Positions 39,902 through 48,816 of a DNA stretch of 64,000 nt are shown here, in pieces; the stretch's first letter is position 1; each line of letters opens with the position of its first letter. The translations under genes and the position numbers were made by a program. The stretch is taken from NCBI GenBank assembly GCA_045604405.1, contig JAZUNZ010000003.1:20574-84573 (forward strand), given 5' to 3'. Under the pieces are notes generated by a model. That model was not told the origin of the DNA. It was given only the letters and a program-made list of their open reading frames with translations, and made no database searches. Source of the stretch: Clostridia bacterium. GTDB lineage: Bacteria > Bacillota > Clostridia > TANB77 > CAG-465.

Positions 39902-40207
39902 CTACATCACCTTTATTCCATTTCCCGTTTTATACATCGCCAAAAGCTTCTTTATACTGTTATCTGGATTAGTTACAATTAAATTGCATCCTAACATTTG
40001 AGCTAAATTGTATCTTCCCATTATAAAGCCCAAACCAGAGCTATCCATAAACTTTACATTTGCCATGTTTATTTCACAAATATTTGGACTATACCTCATT
40101 ATATAACCATCAACTATAGTTCTAAGCGATCTACAGCTATTCATATCTATATCTTCATCTAACTCTATTTTTAACTTTTTTAATTTTTCCTCATATGTAT
40201 ATTTCAT
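39902..40207 (-). CDS. spoIIAA: anti-sigma F factor antagonist SpoIIAA (STAS domain)
   Basis: STAS pattern with FMDSSGLG (phosphorylatable Ser). Start moved to the ATG at 40207 (SD GAGGTG); the upstream part of the track ORF is AT-rich read-through. Confidence 0.8.
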   Translation of the reverse strand: MKYTYEEKLKKLKIELDEDIDMNSCRSLRTIVDGYIMRYSPNICEINMANVKFMDSSGLGFIMGRYNLAQMLGCNLIVTNPDNSIKKLLAMYKTGNGIKVM

Positions 40208-40341
40208 TTTAAACACCTCAATAAAAGTATAACAAATGTATATTGTGTATCTTGTCGAAATATACATGACATGTATGAAAAAAAGAGCGAAAAAAGGCAA
40301 AAGAAATCCCTCCGATCTAATAAATCGGAGGGTACCAATTG

Positions 40342-41937
40342 TTATTCGTAGCAGGGCTCGAGGGTAACAATGTGGTAATTGTTGTTGCTGTCAAGGCCAA
40401 TAGTGAGATCTACAGCCATTGTCCAAAGGTTTTCATCAACCACAAGACGATACTGATTGTCACCAATTGCTTTGAGTGTTGCGCCGCCGTTTACCCATTC
40501 TCCAGTATAAGGATCAACGTACTTGATAACTACGTTAGATACATCTGCATCTTCGAGTATAACAATTACAGTATCACCCTTTACCATATAATCGGTAGAA
40601 ACGGTAATGGTAGGATTCTTCGGCATAGGAAGCTTATCTGTGTAGTTATCCTTATAAGAATGACCACATACAGTGCAAGTGTAAATGGTATAACCTTCAG
40701 AAGAAGTAGTAGGTTCTATAACCTTGGAAGTGTACTTATGACCAAGCGCTGCAACTTTGTCGCCAGTGTAGCTGTGTCCACACTTACAAGTATATACAGT
40801 ATAACCATCGGTTGTGCAAGTTGCTTCTACAACTTTTGTAGTATAGCTGTGAACATGCTCAGTTACAGGAGGCTCGGTTACAGGAGGCTCGGTTACAATT
40901 ATATCTCCGCCTACATTTACATCGCCGCCTACGTTTACATCGTCACCTACGACTACGTCATCAGTTACGAGTACATCATCTCCTACGATTACGTCATCAG
41001 TTACGAGTACATCATCTCCTACGATTACGTCATCAGTTACGAGTACATCATCTCCTACGACTATGTCATCAGTTACGAGTACATCATCTCCTACGACTAT
41101 GTCGTCAGTTACGAGTACATCATCTCCTACGTTTACGTCATCGCTTACAACTACATCACCGTTTACAATAAGGTCGCCGTCAATAATAGCATTTCCATTA
41201 TTAGCTGTTTTCATAATTCCAAAAACTCCAAGAAGAGTTAATGCAACTACAAGAATCAGGCTAGGAATGCCAACAAACATTGTTTTGACCTTAAGCAGTG
41301 TGAGTAGCCATATAACCGTAGCACAAAGAGCCATAACGGGAATCATTGCCCACCAGCCAAAACAAATTGCTACAATAATTGTTGCAATTACAAGCATTAC
41401 ATTTACAATTATAGCAATTGTTAATGTTTTATTTGCACCAAACATTGCACAAAGAAGAATGAGGTATGCAAAAAACAGTGCTGCAGGAATGATAGCAAAC
41501 CATCCAAAGAGAGTAGCTACTCTTATTGTTGTAATAAGAAGCATTATGCCCAAAATTACAGCAAGAGCCTTTGCGACCTTTTTGCGCTTCTTAAGTGCGA
41601 TAAACGTAACACATGCAAAAAACAGAGTTGCTGCAATAGTTAACATCCCAGAATTGAGAGGGAGAAACAAAAGAGCCCAAACCGTTGCTGAAAGAAAAAG
41701 AACACTTAATACTGTTGCAATTGCCAAAGATGTATTTCCCTTTTTCTTAGGCGATGAATTAGCGTTTGCATTGTTTGCTTTATTATTCCGCAGTGCGGGA
41801 ATAAGTAACAAAGCTCCTACTGTCGCAGGAATCAAAGCAAATGCCTGACCTATAAAGGGAGATGCGAGAATCATACCTACCAAGACTGCGCAGATTACTA
41901 TGCCTATCCAGGCCACAACATTTTTCCGAATTTTCAT
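40342..41937 (-). CDS. GC-atypical polytopic membrane protein with a (V/I)VGDDVLVTDD(I/V) repeat array, a TEPPV duplication, two Cys-containing HxYT...C..CGHSY modules and a C-terminal beta domain (531 aa)
   Basis: About 10 predicted TM helices at the N-terminus with internal duplication (FGWFAIIPAALFFAYLILL / FGWWAMIPVMALCATVIWLL). Then the repeats. GC is roughly 42% against about 30% for the neighbours. Confidence 0.7.
   Translation of the reverse strand: MKIRKNVVAWIGIVICAVLVGMILASPFIGQAFALIPATVGALLLIPALRNNKANNANANSSPKKKGNTSLAIATVLSVLFLSATVWALLFLPLNSGMLTIAATLFFACVTFIALKKRKKVAKALAVILGIMLLITTIRVATLFGWFAIIPAALFFAYLILLCAMFGANKTLTIAIIVNVMLVIATIIVAICFGWWAMIPVMALCATVIWLLTLLKVKTMFVGIPSLILVVALTLLGVFGIMKTANNGNAIIDGDLIVNGDVVVSDDVNVGDDVLVTDDIVVGDDVLVTDDIVVGDDVLVTDDVIVGDDVLVTDDVIVGDDVLVTDDVVVGDDVNVGGDVNVGGDIIVTEPPVTEPPVTEHVHSYTTKVVEATCTTDGYTVYTCKCGHSYTGDKVAALGHKYTSKVIEPTTSSEGYTIYTCTVCGHSYKDNYTDKLPMPKNPTITVSTDYMVKGDTVIVILEDADVSNVVIKYVDPYTGEWVNGGATLKAIGDNQYRLVVDENLWTMAVDLTIGLDSNNNYHIVTLEPCYE
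40951..41130 (-). repeat. five near-perfect 36-bp in-frame tandem repeats (12 aa unit), flanked by degenerate copies (about 40900-41166)
   Basis: Units at 40951, 40987, 41023, 41059 and 41095 differ by 0-3 nt. An adjacent 15-bp duplication ttacaggaggctcgg lies at about 40863-40892. Confidence 0.9.
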
Positions 41938-42042
41938 TTTGAAAATCCTCCTTTTAAAAAAATTATTTTTTTGTGTATATAAAAGGTCATATATGACCTA
42001 TTACAAAGATTTATATAATATAATTTTATCATACAAACGCAT

Positions 42043-42072
42043 AAAAGTCAACATAATAATATGTTGACTTTT
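42043..42072 (-). terminator. terminator AAAAGTCAACAT-loop-ATGTTGACTTTT downstream of the SLH gene
   Basis: 12-bp stem with flanking A/T runs. A second small hairpin GGTCATATATGACC lies near 41985-42000. Confidence 0.65.
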
Positions 42073-42097
42073 ACATTTTATTGTAATATTTTTGTAA

Positions 42098-45000
42098 TTA
42101 TTTCACTTCAACAATTTGTTGCCATAATCTATAATCATAAGTGTATGTGTATGAATTTGATGCTCCTACTATATTATAGAAGAATACGCTATCCTCTCTG
42201 ATATCTGCAAATTTTAATGTGTTTTCTGGTAATGTCTCTACATAAGGTCCTCTAAATGTTAAGCTATTTACCATTGCTACTACATCTTTTCTTAATGCAT
42301 AAGTATCTGGATTTGATTCATATTTTACTACAACATTTTGTCTCATAAGTTCCATTATATAATCTTTCTTAGGAGATACTTTCTTATCATTTCCAGTTAA
42401 TGCCTTTGTGTATAAAAATACTGGCTTGTAAACTGTTAATTTTTGATCAGATATATATGTAGCTGCTTGAGCTAACATTTGCATTGCATCTTCCATAAGT
42501 ATTGGATTATTTGGTTTAAATGTTCCATCTGGGAAAGCTTGAATTATATCTGTATTAGCAAGTGCAGATACTGCATTTCTTGCATAAGCAGGTATTTTAT
42601 CATGATCTTTAAATGTTTTGTACTCATTGCTTCCTACTTTAACATCTAATATTCCTGAATCTGCTAATAATTTTGCAAATTCTGCTCTTGTTATTTCATC
42701 GTCTGGTCTTACTTGGTTTGTTGTATCTACAGTTGTTAAGTATTTTGTATATGTTCCTGTCTTTCCTTCAGTTGTATCAATAAATAATTGTCTCATATAT
42801 GAGTAAGAATTATTTCCTCCAGCTGTAGTTTTAAGTGTAGGATAAAATACCTCTGAAATGTTTTTACTCTTTTCTAAAGCTTCATTTTCTAAGAATTTTA
42901 CTCTTACATATAATCTACAATATCCTGCACCTTGTGAAGCCACATAACTTTGAACTGTTCCTATATCCCATGTAATTACTGTTTCATTTTCAGTTTGCTT
43001 TGTTATTTTTCCGTTTCCGTTTATTTCTTCAACAATTACTTTATATGGTATTGTTAATTCAAATTTAACCTTTGGAGCTGGTGCAGTACTTCCATTGTAG
43101 TACTCTACCATATATGTCATTCTTTCATCTTCTGCCGCATAGTTGTTTTCTTGTACATGTGTTGCTGTATATTTTTCAGCTCTCAACCATGATGCAAAAT
43201 ATGTTATTTCTTCATTTATATCCCCTAATAGAGATAAATCGTCTATACAATTTACTGTATATTTAGTTTGAGTTGGTTTTGTATTAACTATTGTTGATGC
43301 TTTTTGTGCTATAGCAAACTTTGTAGATATTGCTTGCGCTGATCTGTTTCCTGGTTCATCTAATGCAACTCCTGCATCTATTTTTATATATTTGTTTACA
43401 CCAACATTTCCTTTAATATTTTTAAGTGTTATAACTGCAGATTTTACTCCATCTATACTTACTGATACATCTGCTGTAAATCCTACTAAATCGATCTTGC
43501 TTGCTATTAAGTTTACATCTGTAACTTTTACATTGTCTGTAAATGTTACATTGTATTTAACTGTTCCGCCTGCGTATACAGATTTAGGATTTGCCGCACC
43601 AATTTTTACCACTGGTGGTATTGTATCTTTTACTTCTGGTTCTGGCTCAACTGGTATAATTACTTTCTCTTTTATTTTAAACGCTGGTGAGGTCTTTTGA
43701 ACGCTCTTATTTCCAGCTGCATCTGTTGCAACTCCTTCTGCTAACACAAAGTATTTGTTTTCAGCAGTATTTGTTTCTTTTACATTTGAGAATGTTACTA
43801 CTTTAACATTTCCGTTATCTGTTATAGCTATATCTGCTGTAAATCCAACTGGAGATATATCCTTTGATGTAACTATAAACGTTTTAATTCCTACATTATC
43901 GTTTGCAGAAATTGAGTATCTTACTGTTTCGCCTTCATAAATAGAAGTTGGGTCAGCCGCACTTATTGTTATAGCTGGTCTGCTTGTGTCCTTTACAGGT
44001 TCAACTACTGCTTCTATTTTAAATGCAGGTGATGTCTTTTGAACACTCTTGTTTCCAGCTGCATCTGTTGCTACTCCTGTCGCTAAAGTGAAATATTTGC
44101 TAGCTGAATCAGTTGTGCTTTTTACGTTAGAAAATACTACTGTCTTTGTATTTCCTGTTCCTGTTATAGCTATATCTCCTGTAAATCCTACTGGTGATAT
44201 GTCTTTTGAGGTAATGTTAAAAGTTTTTACTCCCACATTGTCGTTTGCAGAAATTGTATATGTTACTGTTTTTCCTGAAATTACCATTTGAGGATCAGCA
44301 GCGCTTATAGTTATTGCAGGTTTACTTGTATCTTTTACAGGCTCAACGACTGCCTCTATTTTAAATGCTGGTGATGTCTTTTGAGCACTCTTGTTTCCAG
44401 CTTCATCTATTGCAACTCCTTCTGCTAACACAAAGTATTTGCTAGCTGAATCTGTTGTGCTTTTTACATTAGAGAACACAACGGTCTTCGAATTTCCTGT
44501 TCCTGTTATAGCGATATCTGCAGTAAAGCCTACTGGCGATATATCTTTTGATACAATATTAAAAGTTTTAACTCCTACGTTATCATTTGCACCAATAGTA
44601 TATGTTACTGTTTTTCCTGAAACTACAGTTTGAGGAGCTGCTGCACTTATTGTTATTGCAGGTCTGCTTGTATCTGCTGGTTTAACTGGAACTTCTGGTT
44701 CCGGTTCAACTACTGCTTCTATTTTAAATGCAGGCGATGTTTTCTTTACAGAAAGATTTCCTGCTGCATCTTTAGCCGCCTCCGCCGCGATTGTAAAATA
44801 TTTATTTGGCGAATCAGAAGTACTTACTATGTTTGAGAATGTTACCTTTCTTGAAAAGTCCCCCGTCTCAGTTATAGTTACCGTGGCATCAAACCCGTTC
44901 AGTGTTATATTATTCTTATTTAATCTAAAGAACGTTACTCCTACATTGTCATTAACTGATACATTATACGATACTGTTTCTCCCGCTTTAACCGCGCTCG

Positions 45001-45133
45001 AACTTGGCGCGCTGATTGTCATAGCAGGTCTACTTGTATCTGAGTCAGTAGCAAAAACATAAACTGGTATGTTAGTAAAGATTATTGCTACTAAAGCTAT
45101 CATTGCCATTGTCTTTTTTAATAATTTATTCAT
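42098..45133 (-). CDS. cell-surface protein: signal peptide, five tandem Ig-like domains, middle domain, C-terminal SLH anchoring region (about 1011 aa)
   Basis: Start moved to the ATG at 45133 (MNKLLKKTMAMIALVAIIFTNIPVYVFA, SD GGAGGT). SLH-type motifs are present (ITRAEFAKLLADSG..., FKDHDKIPAYARNAVSALANTDIIQAFPDGTFKPNNPILMEDAMQML). Confidence 0.85.
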   Translation of the reverse strand: MNKLLKKTMAMIALVAIIFTNIPVYVFATDSDTSRPAMTISAPSSSAVKAGETVSYNVSVNDNVGVTFFRLNKNNITLNGFDATVTITETGDFSRKVTFSNIVSTSDSPNKYFTIAAEAAKDAAGNLSVKKTSPAFKIEAVVEPEPEVPVKPADTSRPAITISAAAPQTVVSGKTVTYTIGANDNVGVKTFNIVSKDISPVGFTADIAITGTGNSKTVVFSNVKSTTDSASKYFVLAEGVAIDEAGNKSAQKTSPAFKIEAVVEPVKDTSKPAITISAADPQMVISGKTVTYTISANDNVGVKTFNITSKDISPVGFTGDIAITGTGNTKTVVFSNVKSTTDSASKYFTLATGVATDAAGNKSVQKTSPAFKIEAVVEPVKDTSRPAITISAADPTSIYEGETVRYSISANDNVGIKTFIVTSKDISPVGFTADIAITDNGNVKVVTFSNVKETNTAENKYFVLAEGVATDAAGNKSVQKTSPAFKIKEKVIIPVEPEPEVKDTIPPVVKIGAANPKSVYAGGTVKYNVTFTDNVKVTDVNLIASKIDLVGFTADVSVSIDGVKSAVITLKNIKGNVGVNKYIKIDAGVALDEPGNRSAQAISTKFAIAQKASTIVNTKPTQTKYTVNCIDDLSLLGDINEEITYFASWLRAEKYTATHVQENNYAAEDERMTYMVEYYNGSTAPAPKVKFELTIPYKVIVEEINGNGKITKQTENETVITWDIGTVQSYVASQGAGYCRLYVRVKFLENEALEKSKNISEVFYPTLKTTAGGNNSYSYMRQLFIDTTEGKTGTYTKYLTTVDTTNQVRPDDEITRAEFAKLLADSGILDVKVGSNEYKTFKDHDKIPAYARNAVSALANTDIIQAFPDGTFKPNNPILMEDAMQMLAQAATYISDQKLTVYKPVFLYTKALTGNDKKVSPKKDYIMELMRQNVVVKYESNPDTYALRKDVVAMVNSLTFRGPYVETLPENTLKFADIREDSVFFYNIVGASNSYTYTYDYRLWQQIVEVK
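43298..45040 (-). repeat. five tandem coding repeats of 110-122 aa (DTSRPAITISAA...TSPAFKIEAVVEP); copies 2 and 3 (about 43991-44674, 342 bp each) are nearly identical
   Basis: Seen in the translation and mirrored by the near-identical plus-strand shadow ORFs 44049..44291 and 44391..44633, offset by 342 nt. Confidence 0.85.
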
Positions 45134-45349
45134 TTTTACCTCCATCATTGCAATCCACAAGTAAATCTTAACACACTTTACATAAAAAGTCAATGATGTG
45201 GTCGTTTTTTTGTGCTTTTATTTCAAAAATTTTGATTTTTCTTTACATTTATTTCCACGTATTTTTTTATTTTTTTTTCACAAATTATTACTGTAAAACA
45301 AATTGTTGTGTTTTGCAAATTATTTTATTAATAGGAGGTGAACTATACA

Positions 45350-45544
45350 ATGGCAAGTAATTCAAATCAATATGTAAACCCAAACGCTAAAGCTGCTTTA
45401 GAAAAAATGAAATACGAAGTTGCAAGTGAAATCGGTGTTAACTTAAAACAAGGTTACAATGGTGACTTAACTTCTAAGCAAGCTGGTTCTATAGGTGGAA
45501 CTATGGTTAGAAAACTTATAGAAAGAGCTGAATCTCAAATGTAA
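45350..45544 (+). CDS. alpha/beta-type small acid-soluble spore protein
   Basis: MASNSNQYVNPNAKAALEKMKYEVASEIGVNL...DLTSKQAGSIGGTMVRKLIE is the canonical SASP signature. Start at the ATG at 45350 after AGGAGGTG. Confidence 0.92.
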   Translation: MASNSNQYVNPNAKAALEKMKYEVASEIGVNLKQGYNGDLTSKQAGSIGGTMVRKLIERAESQM

Positions 45545-45572
45545 TTATAGTTTAAATTTTATTTGAGTTTTT

Positions 45573-45603
45573 AAAAGCAACGGACTATTTTCCCGTTGCT
45601 TTT
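45573..45603. terminator. bidirectional terminator (AAAAGCAACGG / CCGTTGCTTTT)
   Basis: 11-bp stem between the convergent SASP gene and the unknown operon. Confidence 0.7.
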
Positions 45604-45638
45604 AAATATTGTTATTTGTTTTTATATTTGGTTATAAT

Positions 45639-46013
45639 TTATTCATCTGACTGCACCTGTCTGGTTTTAAAAAACTCATATACCCTTTTTTCATTTTCTA
45701 ATTCCTGTTCATAAGTCGGTATTAATTTGTCATATAAATCATTTAATTTCTCAACTTGTTCATCTGCTAAATCGTCTATATCAACAAGACCTTTTTCAAA
45801 ATCTTCCCTTAACATCTTTAACTCATCTGGCACTTCAGGGGTAACTCTCAAACTATTTATAAAATCATTTTTCTTGGTATCAATATTACTATTTTCATTG
45901 CTATTTATTTCATTATTGCTTTGTTCTTTAGTTCCCTGTACCTTTCTTCTTATGTAGTTTATAATCTTTTTAAATATATTTTCTTTTCTTACTTGTAAAT
46001 AATTGTTTCCCAT
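45639..46013 (-). CDS. hypothetical protein (124 aa), last gene of the unknown operon
   Basis: ORF 7 nt after the upstream stop. Low-complexity N/S-rich linker and an acidic helical C-terminus. Confidence 0.5.
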   Translation of the reverse strand: MGNNYLQVRKENIFKKIINYIRRKVQGTKEQSNNEINSNENSNIDTKKNDFINSLRVTPEVPDELKMLREDFEKGLVDIDDLADEQVEKLNDLYDKLIPTYEQELENEKRVYEFFKTRQVQSDE

Positions 46014-46020
46014 AAATCAA

Positions 46021-47445
46021 TTATCTCCCCATCCCCCTACTTTTAGTTGGTTGTTCTATTTTTTTCGCTTTTTCTTTCTCTGACATAACCATATACATAC
46101 ATGTTTCTTGTTGTAAATTAAGAGAACGACTTTTGTTATTTAGAAGTTTTTTTCTTGCTTCACTTGATTTATAACCTCTCTTAAACTTATCTGATTTTTT
46201 AACAGTTTCTACTTCATCTATATTTTCATCGCTTATATTTTGTCTTTGGGTTAAATTTTCAGGATTTGCAATACTTTCCCTTTCATTTCTTTCTTCTCTT
46301 TTAATTATTTCTTGTTGTTCTTCTTGTTCCAATTGTTCTGTTTGTCCTCGGTTAATCAATATAGTTTTTCCATTTTTCATAAACCCATCATCTGAAATTT
46401 CTACATCCTCCACAACATGTCCATTTATTATTTTGTCATAATCTCTGCATGACACTTCTGGATATTTAGGGACATTGCTAGATTTAACATTTTGAATTGC
46501 TTGATCTTTTATACCTTTCAAAACACCATTCTTGTCTTGCTTAATGGTAAGTAATATTTGATTCACGCTCGGTTGGTTAAGAAACGCCTCCAAATAATCT
46601 TCTCCCGTTTTTTCAGACATAATCTTTGCTGTTTTTAGCATTTGAGTCATTTTCTTTATTTCTGTTGATGAATAAAACTTATATTGTTTGCCATTACTAT
46701 CGTAATCCATAAAACCATTTATATCAGGTGTTCTATCTCCTGCAAAATAATTTTCTTTAATCGCTTTAACCACTCTTTCAGAATCCATCATATGATCTTC
46801 TCTTCGTTTTTGATAATCTTCTGGACTCTCTGTGGTATCATAGGCCATAATTAAACTGTCTACAAACCTTCTCCTTCTTGCAGATTCTTCTGGCGTTAAA
46901 CTTAAATATTCACCTTTATCATAATCTTCTGGCTTGTATGATTTAATCTTATCTAATTTTGAAGCCATTTTCTTTTCACCTTCTTTAACTCTTTCATAAT
47001 CGACTACATCAAATTTTACATAATCCATAAATGTTCCATGTTTTTTTATATAATCGTTTGAGCCATCACTTACTATTAATTGTATATTTTTTGCATCTTT
47101 GCCGACCCTCCTTAAATTATATCTTAATGATGCGGTTGCTAAATCTTCACATTGACTAAAATCATCTGTATAATTTTTAAGCAAACCTTGATTTCTACTA
47201 AATTGCCTTGAGTAAAAATCTTTTAACTTTTTAATAGTATCCTCTGGTTTACCACCTGTTTTTCCGTTAGTTATTCTTCTTCTTTCTTTTTCATCATCAT
47301 CTATTCTGTATTTATAATAGAATGCTGTCTTTAACTCTAATAATTCGTTTTCATCAGTTATTTGTTTGCCTGTTTGCTTTTCAGTCACCTCACCTGTTTT
47401 TGAATCATAATCATATGTAGCCAATACATCTCTTATACTTCTCAT
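46021..47445 (-). CDS. hypothetical protein (474 aa), soluble, charged, no recognisable domain
   Basis: Long ORF, SD-like AGGAGTGG upstream. Confidence 0.55.
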   Translation of the reverse strand: MRSIRDVLATYDYDSKTGEVTEKQTGKQITDENELLELKTAFYYKYRIDDDEKERRRITNGKTGGKPEDTIKKLKDFYSRQFSRNQGLLKNYTDDFSQCEDLATASLRYNLRRVGKDAKNIQLIVSDGSNDYIKKHGTFMDYVKFDVVDYERVKEGEKKMASKLDKIKSYKPEDYDKGEYLSLTPEESARRRRFVDSLIMAYDTTESPEDYQKRREDHMMDSERVVKAIKENYFAGDRTPDINGFMDYDSNGKQYKFYSSTEIKKMTQMLKTAKIMSEKTGEDYLEAFLNQPSVNQILLTIKQDKNGVLKGIKDQAIQNVKSSNVPKYPEVSCRDYDKIINGHVVEDVEISDDGFMKNGKTILINRGQTEQLEQEEQQEIIKREERNERESIANPENLTQRQNISDENIDEVETVKKSDKFKRGYKSSEARKKLLNNKSRSLNLQQETCMYMVMSEKEKAKKIEQPTKSRGMGR

Positions 47446-47473
47446 ATTTCACCTTACCACTCCTTTTTCTTGT

Positions 47474-47839
47474 TCAATAGTTCTTTGATATGTTATACCT
47501 TTTAACAAAAACCAGTATAAATCTTTTTAATATCGGAACGTCTTTATACTTTTCTAGCTTCTGTTCCCTTGGACTCTTTTCGCCTTCACCATATTCTGTT
47601 CTTTTTGTAAGTGCACGATGATCCAATTCGTGATATATTGTTGATCGTTCTCTGTCTTTGCCACTTATAATTCTAAATAGCGGGTTTATACTAATTTTTC
47701 CCTTATGATATTGGTACTCACCTCTTAACATAGGATTAAAATTATCATACTTTATTCCACCTGATAAATTAGTAGAAACATTGTCTATTAGCGTGTCAAC
47801 ATCTACTATACCACTAAATAATTGCGAATTCATTTCCAT
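47474..47839 (-). CDS. HExxH-motif protein, anthrax-lethal-factor-like (ATLF) metallopeptidase core, possibly truncated (121 aa)
   Basis: GEYQYHKGKISINPLFRIISGKDRERSTIYHELDHRA parallels the LF active-site segment GLYVPESRSILLHGPSKGVELRNDSEGFIHEFGHAV, with the same Gly-x-Tyr to HExxH spacing of 27-28 residues. The downstream third-ligand region (EFFAE-type) is not recognisable. No good SD. Confidence 0.4.
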   Translation of the reverse strand: MEMNSQLFSGIVDVDTLIDNVSTNLSGGIKYDNFNPMLRGEYQYHKGKISINPLFRIISGKDRERSTIYHELDHRALTKRTEYGEGEKSPREQKLEKYKDVPILKRFILVFVKRYNISKNY

Positions 47840-47847
47840 ATATGTTT

Positions 47848-47928
47848 CTACATATTTTCTTGTATTGCATCAAATTTACTAGCTCCCATACAACTATCTG
47901 GTTTTTCTCTTTGTGCATCTGTCAACAT
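47848..47928 (-). CDS. 26-aa small ORF with a good SD, ending 8 nt before the HExxH ORF start
   Basis: AAAGGTGA-7nt-ATG; MLTDAQREKPDSCMGASKFDAIQENM. It could be a coupling leader ORF or the remnant of a longer gene broken by a frameshift. Confidence 0.25.
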   Translation of the reverse strand: MLTDAQREKPDSCMGASKFDAIQENM

Positions 47929-47970
47929 TTATTTTCACCTTTCTGCTAGATATTTAGTAGTATCTTTTGT

Positions 47971-48816
47971 CTAATTCCACTCTAAATCTTGCTCTGATAT
48001 TATATTTGATATTCCTTCATTTTCAGCATACTCTGCAAACTCTTCATCTGTTGCACATTGTTTTTGAATTGATTCTATAAACAAGTTTGATTTAGCACGG
48101 TGGATTGATTTGGTGTCATCATCCCAACTCAACTCTCCATCTTCTATATCCGCCCCCTCCAATAATATGGCTTTCTCTTCTTTAAAGCTTTCTTTTCGGC
48201 TAAAAAGCGGATCTTCCTCATCGTATTCTTGTAATTGTCCAAGTTCCTCATCTGTTATAGGAATCTCCATTCCAGCCTCTTTCATTGCATTTTTGTATCC
48301 ACTTAAACTTATTTTAGCCTCTTTTAGTGTTTTTATATATTGTTCTTTTACGCCATCCATTAATTGTTGTTCTTCAACGCTTAAATTTTCATAATATTTA
48401 TCATTTATTCTTAATGATTTCATTTTTGTATCATATACACCTTTTATAAACTCTGGTCTTAAATATTTGCCTGGAGCCACTTTTAATTGTTCCGCTTCGT
48501 TTTCAGTTATTTCCACATGATATGCATCGTGTCTATAGTGAGGATCTAAATAATGCATTTCATATTTTTTAGGTATACTTACTATAATTATTTGCTCTGA
48601 ATTTAAATGCGTCCAATTATCCAGCATTGCTTTGCTTTCATCAAAAAGTGTATGTGATCCAATGCCTAGATACATTGTCGTGTGTTCTAACGTTCCATGA
48701 CTAAACCTTAAACCATTTTTAAAAATTGATTCTACTGTCTTATTATTTCGTCCTCCTATTCCGTGTCCGTAATATAAGTTTCCTATATTTGCAAAATTTT
48801 CTCTTATATCCTTCAT
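47971..48816 (-). CDS. hypothetical protein (281 aa); N-terminal about 100 aa possibly an H-Y-E type ADP-ribosyltransferase fold, acidic C-terminal half
   Basis: LYYGHGIGGRNNKTVESIFKNGLRF...TMYLGIGSH...KKYEMHYLD can be laid over the PARP catalytic signature [21 protein letters not shown]...GYMFGKGIYF...LYNEYIVYD. SD GAAGGGGGT upstream. The coding call is solid; the function call is tentative. Confidence 0.5.
   Translation of the reverse strand: MKDIRENFANIGNLYYGHGIGGRNNKTVESIFKNGLRFSHGTLEHTTMYLGIGSHTLFDESKAMLDNWTHLNSEQIIIVSIPKKYEMHYLDPHYRHDAYHVEITENEAEQLKVAPGKYLRPEFIKGVYDTKMKSLRINDKYYENLSVEEQQLMDGVKEQYIKTLKEAKISLSGYKNAMKEAGMEIPITDEELGQLQEYDEEDPLFSRKESFKEEKAILLEGADIEDGELSWDDDTKSIHRAKSNLFIESIQKQCATDEEFAEYAENEGISNIISEQDLEWN

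Noticed and set aside
40951-41130. 36-bp tandem repeats as a CRISPR array
   Set aside because: The repeats are directly abutting with no spacers, lie in frame inside a long ORF, and no cas genes are nearby.
40339-41848. Plus-strand ORFs 40339..41241 (with a striking YEYIISYDYVISY repeat) and 41063..41848
   Set aside because: They are antisense read-throughs of the 531-aa minus-strand gene. The repeat is just the mirror image of the 36-bp coding repeat. The minus frame has TM helices, an SD and continuous coding character.
43392-45062. Series of plus-strand 60-100 aa ORFs inside the SLH protein gene
   Set aside because: These are shadow ORFs antisense to the 1011-aa surface protein gene. Their mutual similarity only reflects the tandem repeats on the minus strand.
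45194-45349. Sigma-G type promoter upstream of the SASP gene
   Set aside because: This is expected biologically, but I could not find a convincing GnATA-17/18-CATnnTA match by eye in the very AT-rich spacer, so no feature is reported.
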